Shown: positions 23,741 to 36,863 of the stretch, piece by piece | Layout of the letters: each line of letters starts with the position of its first letter | Numbering within the stretch: position 1 is the first letter of the stretch | Assembly (NCBI GenBank): GCA_020891255.1 | Contig: BQFW01000008.1 | Location: 992,001 to 1,056,000 of the forward strand | Length of the DNA: 64,000 nucleotides | Reading direction: 5' to 3' | Source of the DNA: Entomortierella parvispora E1425 | Taxonomy: Eukaryota > Fungi > Mortierellomycota | Made by a program: the position numbers and the translations under genes | Notes under the pieces: generated by a model | Told to the model about the DNA's origin: nothing | Database searches by the model: none | Seen by the model: only the letters and a program-made list of their open reading frames with translations

Positions 23741-25999
23741 CACTGACACACGATGGTAACAAAGCCTAACGAACCCTTCACCTTGCGCCGCCTGAAGTTC
23801 ATGTTCGTCAGTGGTGGTTCTCTCTCGCCTATTTTCTCTTAGTTATATCTGTCATCCTTGCTACTTCACTCCTTCCTGCACGCTAGTAAAAAAAACAAAA
23901 AGAAAAATAATAAAAAAAAAAGGCCAATAAAAAATACTTTCTCCTGGCTGCTGATAATCCTGATCCAGGCGAGATGTTTCCTTTCCATTATTAGTAGCTG
24001 TAGTGAGGCTGCAGACTGACTCTATGATCCTGTGGTCTTGTTCCCCTGCACTAGACTTGTGGAAGTGAGTCTTTTATGGGCGGATTGGTGCCACTGAGAT
24101 CACCGATCGAAACTCTGAACTTGTACCTCAATAACATGGGCTCCTCCCTAATCTCATCCCGATTTGGTGCGACTTCGATTTTTGGCGATCTGCATGCATT
24201 GAGGGAGTTTGCGCACGATCGGATGAGCAGTCTTGCAATGCTATGCCATAGGTGAACATCGCTTGCCAAGGTAAAGGGCCAGGGAACTGGGTAACTGGGC
24301 AAAACGGAAGGTTAAACACGATTTTGGGAAGTGTACGACAAATCAATTGCAGAAAGTGGCAGTGGATAGACGATTTAGCAAAAGGTGGACGAACGAGATG
24401 GAAAAAAGAAGAGGGGACAAAAGGGGGAGGCATGGCTCCTTCAGGACTGGAGGCCCTTTTATAGGCGATATACAGCGAGCGCAGAGTCCATGCGTGTTAC
24501 AATTGTGTGCCCGCGTGACCACCTACTTCAGATCTTGAGGTCAAACCGGTTCGACTTTATAGGACTAAGGTAATGAATTGGAGTGAATGGACATGGAAGC
24601 ATTGGCTGTTGTTTGAGTTAATAACGCGCTAAACCAACTAACGATCAGAAAAACCTGTTTACAAAGTTATTTTAGTGCCATGGTCCGATGGTGCACAGAA
24701 AAAAATTATTCCTGCTTTTTTTTTTTTTTTTTTTGACTTCGGCTTTGGATTTGGGTGCTATGGTGCACATGAGTTTCCAGCGGATTGGTATTGACAGCGA
24801 AGGTCTGGTACATACTTTCGCAGGTTCTACGTGGCTTGCGCGTTATGGTGGTGCATCTTGGCTCCGTGGCACGTTTCCAGACTTGAGATCAATCCGGCAA
24901 GGATTGGTCAGAGTCGCCTCCAGCTACCCTGGCGAGTGCTATTAAATCTCTTGAGGGTAGTAAGAACAACAACTGAATTCAACTGCATCCACTCGATCTA
25001 ACTGAATTGTAAACCACTTGGAATTGACCACCACCTGCCTATCTTCCATGTGTGGAGACTTAGAGAACACAAACTACCCCTAGCAGGTTCTGATCTAGGA
25101 GCATGCACAAGATTTGCCTGAAGATTCAAGTGCATGGCACTGATAAGATTGTATCCTTTCCTTTCCAGGATTCACTGTCCACCCTTTTACTCCTTATTCA
25201 GTTTCCATTGTTCAACCCCTTCTCCTTGAAAACACTGAAAAGATGAAGATTGACATTTTAAGTTCCATTCTAAACGATTTCATCGTTGAACAATGGCAAC
25301 TGATAATGCACGATGCTGGCTTGAACTACCCTACCTTCTTGAATACAATCAGTCAGTTGCGTGAACAACAGCCTTGCCTGCAAACTAACCTCCTATCAGG
25401 CGCGCTTTTGGTGCCCATAGTTGCAACACTGTAGATTGTTTGCGGTCAAGTCATGAAATAGTGAACAAATGAGTCCTCTAATGGGAACATGAACAGAATA
25501 CCCCATAGAACGGCTATAGTCCATGACGAGACGAGAGTCCGAATCGGCCACTCTGCGCGTGTGAAAGTCGAGGAGCGGACCAATCCCTCGAATAGCACCC
25601 GGAAACACCTCAGCCCTTGGTCACATCGGTTGTACCTTGCAATGACCGAAATTTATCCCAAAAAAAAAAAATGAAAACACCACTACGGCAAAACAGAGTT
25701 TACATTTATCCCGACCTGCTAAACAATCCTCCGGCCGAGCCCTCGAGCTCAGTTTGTTGCAGTTGGCGCCCACGATCAACCTTTATCAGGAGATCAAGAA
25801 CCCGTTGACAAATGGACCTAGTTTTGAGTCCTCGATATTTAGCGTCTCTCCAACGCACTGTTCTCCCTCATCCTCCTTTCTCAGGAACGTCGTCCATTAT
25901 TCTGCCCTCTTATTTTCAATTGCGAGTATTCACTCCAAATACTGTTGAATCACTTTCCTCAAAGTGAGCAGAAACTCTGTCAACAAGGGAAAGAAGGTC

Positions 26000-26051
26000 T
26001 ATAAAAGGGCCTCCGTGTCCGCCACCCCACGTTTGCTTCACCTCAGGTCTC
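26000..26051 (+). promoter_or_regulatory. Core promoter of transporter copy 3: TATAAA plus TCAGGTCTC
   Basis: TATAAA at 26000, TCAGGTCTC 26043-26051. Confidence 0.6.
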
Positions 26052-26112
26052 TTAATCAACTCTCCCTCACCGTCCTCCTCCCCTCCTCCCCTCTCCCCCT
26101 CCACTTCGCACA

Positions 26113-27648
26113 ATGTTGCGTCTAGCCGACCCCATGACCCAGGTCATCATCCTGGTGTGTATTCTGCTCTGTCCCTTCCACCTCTCCTCCCCTGGATTTG
26201 ACTGTGTCAGAACTTCTGTCTGACTGACAATAGCACATCTTCCTATCACTCGTGCCCATTAGGGTTTCATTTGCTTCTGCTGCCCGGGCATGTACAACTC
26301 GTTGAACGCCACTGGATCCTATGGTCTCAACCCCAAAGACACCGATGTCGGAAACAAGGCGTCCATTGCCTTGAGCTGTGTGTTTGCATTTTCCTCCTTG
26401 TTCGCGGGTGCTCTTTTCAACGTGATGGGTCATCGTGTCCTCCTCATCCTCGGCGGTTTGACCTATGTCCTGTATGTCGGATCCTATTTAGCCTACCACT
26501 ACATCCAGTCCATTGTTTTTGTTGTCATTGCCTCCTGCTTGCTCGGCTTGGGTGCTGGATGGTTGTGGACTGCCCAAGGTGCCGTCATGATGGGCTACCC
26601 CGCTGAAGGTGAGAAGGGCAAGTACTTCTCGATCTTCTGGGCCATCTTCAATTGCGGCTCCGTCATCGGCAACGTGATCCCCCTTGGCATTCAGTGGAAC
26701 GATCCCACTGCCGGAGGTGCTTCCACGGGCTCCTATATCGCTTACATGGTGATCATGACCCTCGGGGCCCTTATCTCCGTCTTCTTGCTTGCCCCTGAGA
26801 AGGTTACCCACAAGGATGGAACCCCTGTAACCCGTATCAGATACTCGAACCCCATCCTCGAACTCCAGTCCGTTGCTCGTCTGTTCTTGGACTGGAGAAT
26901 GCTGTGTTTGGTCCCCATGTTCTTCACTTCCAACTGGTTTTACACTTACCAGTTCACCATGAACTCACTCAACTTCACTCAGCGCACCCGTTCCATGAAC
27001 TCGATGATGTACTGGTTTGCTCAAATCGTTGCCTCTATCGCCTTTGGCGCTTTCATGGATCGTGCCAAGTGGACACGCAAAACTCGTGCTCGTTATGGTC
27101 TTGTTCTTTTGACCCTCCTTTTGATCGCCACCTGGGCTGGAGGCATCGTCTGGCAAACTACCTTTGGCCCCAGGAGTTATATCATCAGCGACGGCGAGCC
27201 TGTCAAGAACCCTGCAGATTACCACATGATTGACTTGGTTGAGAACACTCACGAGTACATGGGACCTTTCTTCTTGTACTTCTTCTATGGCGCCCTTGAC
27301 TCTATGTACCAGGGTTACGCCTACTGGCTGATGGGCGCCTTGACCAACGATACCTCTCAGGCTGCCCGATACGCTGGATTTTACAAGTTCGTTCAGAACC
27401 TGGGTGGTGTTCTTGCACCCGTAGTCCAGACCTCTACCATTGGTATCGCTCCCTCGGATGGAAATCATATTGTGCACGCTCACGGACATGGCATGGGCGA
27501 GGTCATTGTTGCTGCTGTCCTGGTCTTTGTCGGAGTCTTTGGAGCTGTCCCTGTCGCTTTCAGGGCCATTCAGGACCACACTGTCGAAGAAGGCGACCAA
27601 GTTGTCTCTGAGAAGTACGAGGCCGACGTCGAGGACGTCAAAGCCTAA
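26113..27648 (+). CDS. UNC-93-like MFS transporter (NGT1/NOPE1 family), copy 3, loop type A; intron 26155-26262
   Basis: MLRLADPMTQVIIL|GFICFCCPGMYNSL and all family motifs. Confidence 0.92.
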
Positions 27649-28407
27649 AAGTGTCATTTGCTTTCTATGATAATATACTCCATGCCGCTACTGTAATATC
27701 TTGCACAGTTTCTCTTCCCTATTGCCTTCAAGGCTCCTACTGTTTTTCTTCTTTGTGCGTGCGTGAAACTGGACGCAGGCCTGCCTGCTGGACTCGTTGT
27801 CGATCAGCGTGACCGATGATTTTTCCATTGTTTGTTTGTCGCACTACTTTGACCACGGAGAGTTGCTTGGGCCCTTTTGGGAAACGTCATCCACCTGGAC
27901 TTTTGCCGTGGACTAGACAGCAATGGCGGTGGACAAGAATAAAGAGCCCATGGAGGGTGGACAGCTTCGTGGCCCAAAATCATCAGAGGGGAATACAATT
28001 GTCCAACATGCAGATCACGAGGAAGAAGAAGGCCAAAACAATCTTCTTCATGAACTGCTGGCCATTTTAGAGAAACAAAGCATCGGGAAGGGACGTTTAG
28101 TATCATGGTGTCCTTGGCGTTGAGCTTCCTTTGGGCATGTTCTCGTGTCTCCAGAATCCGCAATGGATTGCCTCTCTTCTCTTATTTTTTTTTTTTTTTA
28201 TGAAAGCGACTGAATACACGGACAGGATCTGTCTAGAACATAATTATCGATCACAGACAAACGGGAGCAGGGAAAACAAGGCACGACTGGATGAGCAAAG
28301 AATCGAATTCCCGGTATTCGACGAATGCCCCGTGCTAAACTGCAACGCAGGAGCTCAAACTCAATTAAGGTTGTGGCCGTTCAAATCAGTATATATTTTG
28401 AAAACTG

Positions 28408-28439
<32 letters not shown>
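28408..28439 (+). repeat. (AACGAC)x5 hexamer microsatellite
   Basis: Direct reading. Confidence 0.85.
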
Positions 28440-29504
28440 TTGCAAGAACAGAAAACTTGTCTTACCTCCCACACTTGCAGTCCAAGGACTAGTGGGTGTC
28501 CTATTTCTTCAAAGCCGTCAGCTATATCCATAACAACGACTGGCAATGATAGAAGCGCCGCTGAGATTTTTGAGTCTGGTCAGTCATCGTATGATCAATT
28601 GGCGCCACAATGAGATAGACAGACACCCCTCGCCAGCAGATCGAGCTGAAAGGTATCAAGGACACCACCTGAGATAACCATTGACTGGAAGTTGTAGTGG
28701 AGATGAAGGATATCCAGCCCTGATTGAATAATAATATTGTTTTTTTTTTATCAGTGGAGAGCGCAGGCACTCTTGCGCGTTACTTTTACATTGGCAGCCA
28801 CCAATGCATAACAACGTTCGATCCAACACTCGACACAACATTCTTTAGTTCTTCATTGATCTTGATAGACAGTGAATGGAGGTTTTCTTGTTTAATCTGA
28901 ACAGAGTGAACGAATGAAGAAAAAAAAATAAGAAAAACGTTTTTGACTACGCGAAAAGGAAGGATTGCGGATGAGGAACTCTGTATGTCAACTCACGAGT
29001 TGACAAAATGAATGAGATTGAATAGGATCAAAACAATGAATAAAGCACTCCGCCCGGGAGCTCCATGCAAAAGTGCACTAGGGTCCGTTATTTTTTCTAT
29101 TCCAGAAAAAGCAAACTATTCATTTCAGGAACAAAGAAGGAAGACTTCAACGGCGAGATCACCAAACAAAGACAATGTCGCGTACACAAGACTTTGAGAC
29201 CCAACTTTGTACATTCACAAGATGCAAGAAAGCAACACCCGGTCTGTTTATCTGTTGCACCGTCGAGACTAAGACTATCCAGCCTCTTTTTTTTTTTATC
29301 TTTTGGTGTCCAAGACTTTCCTCCACAAACAAGGGCCACGATCTCTGTAACTCTTGCTCTTCAGAGCCGACAGAGCAATACCAATCTCTTTTGGCGTTCG
29401 CATTGCCTTGTATTCACTTCTGGGGTACTTAATTAAGAAAGAATGCATTTGCTTGTCGTTTTGAATAGCCTTGACACGGTGAACCCTGGTCAAGCGAAAA
29501 GAGG

Positions 29505-29553
29505 TATAAAAGTGAAGTCTTCCCTTCGTTTTTTTTCTTTACCATCAGGTCTC
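29505..29553 (+). promoter_or_regulatory. Core promoter of transporter copy 4: TATAAA plus TCAGGTCTC
   Basis: TATAAA at 29505, TCAGGTCTC 29545-29553. Confidence 0.6.
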
Positions 29554-29624
29554 CAGCTCATCCCTCCTCCTCTCTCCACCCTCAACTCCCTTACATCCTT
29601 TTCACCCTCCACCTTCTTCGCACA

Positions 29625-31130
29625 ATGCTGCGCCTTGCTGATCCCTTGACCCAGGTCATCATCCTGGTGAGTCCCTTGTTCCACACCGTGGAGCAAACTC
29701 CATCTCACTCTCCCGCACCATGCTGACATGTTTTTCTGTAGGGCTTCGTCTGTTTCTGCTGTCCAGGAATGTTCAACTCACTGAATGGCACAGGATCTTA
29801 CGGTCTTGAATCCAAAGATACCGATGTCGGAAACAAGGCGTCTATTGCCTTGGGCTGTGTGTTTGCCTTCTCTTCCTTGTTTGCCGGCGCCCTTTTCAAC
29901 GTTTTGGGTCATCGCCTTCTCCTTATCCTTGGAGGTCTCACCTATGTCATCTATGTTGGATCTTTCTTGGCTTACCACTTTATCCAGTCAATTGCCTTCG
30001 TCGTCATCGCCTCCTGTTTGCTCGGTTTGGGAGCTGGTTGGCTGTGGTGCGCTCAAGGAGCTGTCATGATGGGTTACCCTGCTGAAGGCGACAAGGGCAA
30101 GTACTTCTCGATCTTCTGGGCAATCTTCAACACCGGTTCCGTTATTGGTAATTTGATCCCTCTCGGTCTTCAGTGGAACGACCCTGAGGCCGGCGGTGCC
30201 TCGACTGGATCCTATATTGGATACATGGTCGTGATGGTCATGGGTGCTCTCATCTCGGTCTTCTTGCTGCCTCCAGAGAAGGTTTCCCGTAAGGATGGCA
30301 CCCCAGTCTCGCACATCAAGTACTCGAGCCCTATTCTCGAACTCAAGTCTGTTGCTCGTCTCTTCTTGGATTGGCGTATGTTGTGCTTGATACCCATGTT
30401 CTTCACCTCCAACTGGATCTACACCTACCAGTTCACCATGAACACCACCAACTTTTCTCAACGCTCCCGCAACATGAACTCGATGTTCTACTGGTTTGCA
30501 CAAATCATTGCCTCTCTCGCTTTTGGAGCCTTCTTGGATCGTGCCAAGTGGTCCCGTACAACTCGCGCCCGTTACGGTCTCATTCTCATGGCCATCTGCT
30601 TGGCTGCCACATGGGTTGGAGGTATCATCTGGCAAACCACCTTTGGCCCCAAGAGCTATATCTTCGATAATGATGGCAAGACCCCCATCAAGAACCCCAA
30701 AGACTACCATATGATCGACTTGGTTGACAACACTGGCGAGTACCTGGGACCATTCTTCTTGTACTTCTTCTACGGAGCCATTGATGCCATGTACCAGGGC
30801 TACTCTTACTGGTTGATGGGCGCCTTGACCAACGATACCTCCCAGGCTGCCCGCTTTGCTGGTTTCTACAAGTTTGTTCAGAACTTGGGTGGCGTCCTTG
30901 CCCCTGTGGTCAACGAGTCTGTTATCGGCATTGCCCCCTCCAAGGGTGCAAACGCCATGAACGCCACCACCCGTGGAATGGGTGAAATTATTCTGTGTGT
31001 TGCCCTCGTCTTTGCTGGTGTCATCGGTGCTATTCCCGTGGCCTTCCGTGCTGTCCAGGACCACACAATCGATGAGGGTGCTGAGATCTCTGAGAAGCTC
31101 GAAGCTGAGTTTCACGATGTCAAAGCCTAG
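29625..31130 (+). CDS. UNC-93-like MFS transporter (NGT1/NOPE1 family), copy 4, loop type B; intron 29667-29741
   Basis: MLRLADPLTQVIIL|GFVCFCCPGMFNSL and all family motifs. Confidence 0.92.
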
Positions 31131-31584
31131 AGCATTTTGCTTGCACAATCTTTAAGGTTCCTTTTCACCTTCCCCTCCACCCCTTCCTTCTTTATCTCGA
31201 CAAGCCGGGAATACTATAATAAACGAATCTACCTTGTGTCGCATCTCCGTCTCTCTCTCTCTGTCTCTCTATCTCTCTCTTGCCTTACTTTATAGAGGTA
31301 TCGCTTGTTGTCAATTGGACTCGAGCAAGGGAGTATGAGCTTGGCCCGTCCAAAGTGGCTTGTTTTCTCTGTGGGCTTGTGGGCTCGCACAGACAGCACA
31401 ATTTTGAGATCATTGATGATAACGGACGGCGCGTCGCACCGTGAAGCGAGGTCGAGCGGCGGTGCGCCATTACCTTTCGGACGCTCTCTTTTTCTCTCTC
31501 TCTCCACCCCCTCTCTTCCTTCTTTCTCTCTTACTTGCACATCCTATTCTCAGCAATTGCCATCTGCAACTTTGACTTATTCCC

Positions 31585-32357
31585 ATGACCCTCGGCAACA
31601 CCTCTGTCTTCCCCATTCGATGTCGGGGATTGTTGTTTGACATGGTGAGTAACTATCGCCTTCAATTTTTGTAGAAGACTACAAGCTAACAAAAATCAAC
31701 CAACAAAACCAGGACGGGACCTTGCTGGATACTACCCCTATTGTCGAACGTCATTGGAAAGTATGGTGCCAAACCTATGGGGTCGACCATCCCTCCCTGA
31801 TTGCGACCTCTCATGGTCGACCCACGTTCGAGATCATAAAACTCTGGCTTCCGCCGCATCTGGAACGATCAGACGACCAAATCCGTGCTCTTGTGGCAGA
31901 GCTGGAAGGAAATGTCACTGAAGACCAGGACGGGCTGATGGTCGTTCCAGGCGCCTTGGGCCTCTTACCTACGATCCCCAAGGATCGATGGGCGGTCGTG
32001 ACAAGCGCTGGGCGATCCATGGCCGTCCAGCGGTTTAAGCAGACGGGACTTATGATGCCGCCAGTCCTAGTCACGGCCAAGGAGATGACAAAGGGCAAAC
32101 CTCACCCGGATGGGTACTTGGCCGCCGCGAAGCGACTAGGGCTGGACCCCAAGGAATGCATTGTTTTCGAGGACGCCACTGCAGGCATCCGAGCTGGAGT
32201 CGCTTCAGGTGCTGTCGCGGTTATTGGGATGAATACAAGCACGACACCACCTGAAGATCTAATTCAGGCAGGCGCCATGGTGGTGGTCAAGAGCTTTAAC
32301 GACCTTCAAATGACATTTCTATCCGACGGATGGATTGAGGTCTCTCCACGCTCATAG
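31585..32357 (+). CDS. HAD-superfamily (IA) sugar/glycerol-phosphate phosphatase, DOG/GPP/YfbT-like; intron 31645-31712
   Basis: Motif I LLFDM|DGTLLDT split by the intron, motif II WAVVTSA, motif III/IV KGKPHPDGY...CIVFEDATAGIRAG. Confidence 0.9.
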
Positions 32358-32438
32358 TGGTTGTTCTCATTGCTCCATCACAATAAATGTTTAAAAATAT
32401 TTTCTTTTTGATATTTTTGATTGTTTTTTTCTTTTTTT

Positions 32439-34477
<2,039 letters not shown>

Positions 34478-36112
34478 GGACAGGAACGCGGTCGCAGGCT
34501 AGGCTGGGCTAGGCTGAGCTGAAGACGAACTGCTCGTGGATTTTCAAAGAGAATAAAGACGATGATAGACGGTAAGAATGGTGAGAGAGGTATCGTGCAG
34601 TGAGAAGGTAAGAGAGATAGGGATATGCTGAAGAATGGGACAATGACACGGCGAAGCGAGCGAGCGGATGATGGAGTGCTTGAGCGAATGATGCATGCAT
34701 CAGCAAGCGTGATGACTAAGACAGTCACTCATCACGTGGAAGGCGATTTTTGGTGGCAAAACGCAACCCTCCTTGAGCTGATCAAGGGGGTTGCGAACAA
34801 GATAGCGAGAGCCTTTGGGTCGCCACCCATCGCCTTTCCTGTCGTCTCTGCTGTTGCTGCTCTTGCGCCTGCTGTTTCTGCTGCTGCTGGTGCCATGGCG
34901 GCACTCTGGTAGGACCCCCTTGTTTTCTCTCTGGGTCGAGGATGGGCATGAGGAAGGGAGAGAAACAAAAGGAAGCACACAAGAAAGGAAGAGCAGCGAG
35001 GTCGACTAAGATGATGCAAGATGCTGCTGCAGAGCGCCCCCTCCCCTTGCCAGATTGGATGCATCCTATCCACCTCCCATTCCATCATCATCATCATCAA
35101 TAGCACTATTACTTTTTTTTTATTTTATTGTACCTTTGGCTTGTTCATCTGGCCTTGTATCACTCGTTCATGCAAACCAACTGCCGAAGAGCATATGGAA
35201 GTCGACTGATCTGACCGTTGTCAGTGAACATCGATTCGCAGTAAGGCACCAAATAACCCCCCCCCCCCTCCATCTTTTGTGCTCAGGGTGCAGTGCAGGC
35301 GCGCAGGTGTGGAGGGAACGTGGGAGGAGGTGGGAGATGGGCGGTTGGACAAGCAGGAACGGGCAGAAAGACCTGTCAGCATTGAGATCCACGCTATCGC
35401 ATGAATGATGGCCAGTTGAATGCAATGAACGGGTTCATTGTCGACTGCACATGATCACACCGACAACGACGTCGAAACAGAGGGCGTGGAAGGGGGAGGG
35501 GAGGGTTAGGAGGAGAGAGATTGAGATAGAGGCAGCAAGAGAAACAGAGAGACGGTGGTGGAGGTGGTGGTGGTGGTAAAGGAGGGGGGAAGAGGGACTT
35601 GACAAAGGGACCGAAAGACACACCGACCGTGATCCTCCCTGCTGTGTGTGTCCTTTGCGCACCTCTCTTCCCTTTTCCTTTCCTTCTTGTCTCGTTCCTT
35701 CCCACTCCGACCAGCCCTGACCTTTGCCCTCTCTTTCCTTTTCCTCTCCTCTTCTTCATTTCCGCCATTCCCTCTCATTCCTGTCAGGCCCATGTCTTTT
35801 GCCTGATCCCAGACACACAAAATAACAGGAACAAAAACAGGAGCCAAAAAAAAGCTTCTTTTCTGTCCCTTGACACGCTTTAGCTCATCCGATAACGCGA
35901 CAATATTCCCTCCGCAACCTGGGTGAGTTGAACGAGCGAACAAGAGAAGCGGATGCTGGCCTGCGAGAGGATGGTAGTTGTTGGTGATGGTTGCATGCAT
36001 CCGTCTTCGATGTGTGTGTGTGCGTGCAATGCAGAGAGTGATTCCACACACACAGTTGCACACTTGCGCACTTGCACACCTGCACGCACACTTGCACACC
36101 TGCAGACCCGCA

Positions 36113-36153
36113 CACTCACTCACTCACTCACTCACTCACTGGCACACAACAGC

Positions 36154-36235
<82 letters not shown>

Positions 36236-36460
36236 CACAATACAGGACACAGCATCCATCCTTGGTCACACCCACCAACCACTCCCCTTGGCTTTTGCAC
36301 ACCCACTAACGGTCTTTGCTCTCTTTTTTTTTTTTTCTTTTTTTTTCTTCTGGCTCTGTTGGCTGATCCTTCCTTTCTCTCTCTCCCTCTTTCTTCATTC
36401 ATTCATTCATTCATTCATTCTTTTCCTTCCTTTCCTTTCCTTTCCTTCCTTCCTTCCTTC
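36113..36460 (+). repeat. Compound microsatellite cluster: (CACT)n, long (CA)n about 36166-36234, (TTCA)n, (TTCC)n upstream of PKA-R
   Basis: Direct reading. Confidence 0.9.
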
Positions 36461-36863
36461 CCTCCTTGCCCTTTGCTTCTCTTTTGTTTCCCCCCCCCCC
36501 CCTCCTCTCCTCCCATCCATTCCTATCTTACTGCCACTGGAAACAAACCCGTTGCCGTCTTACTGCCAAAAAGAGCTGACACGCCCTCTGCCTCAAACCC
36601 CTTTCAGCCTCGCTTCTCAACGGTCCCCTCTCACACGCACAACCACACCCGCGCATCGTCTCATCCCTCCCTCCCTGCCTCTCTCTTCCTCTCCCTCCTT
36701 CACCCCAGCCAGACCACGCGCCTAACAAGGAGGCGTCCTTTTTCTCCTCGTCTCTTCTTTTCTCTCTTGCTCGTCCTTGCAAGACCTGTTCTGTTGACAA
36801 ACTCCGTTTGTTGAGAAAAGCCAAAGAAAAACAGACATCCTCCATCCTACCCCGGAGCCAGCC

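Noticed and set aside
15325-31148. Long antisense ORFs over the transporter genes (315, 340, 230 and 386 aa)
   Set aside because: Explained by sense-strand codon bias that avoids TTA/CTA/TCA; translations are mirror images with no motifs
35880-36814. ORFs with HTHTHT or CVCVCV runs
   Set aside because: Translations of the (CA)n and (CACT)n microsatellites
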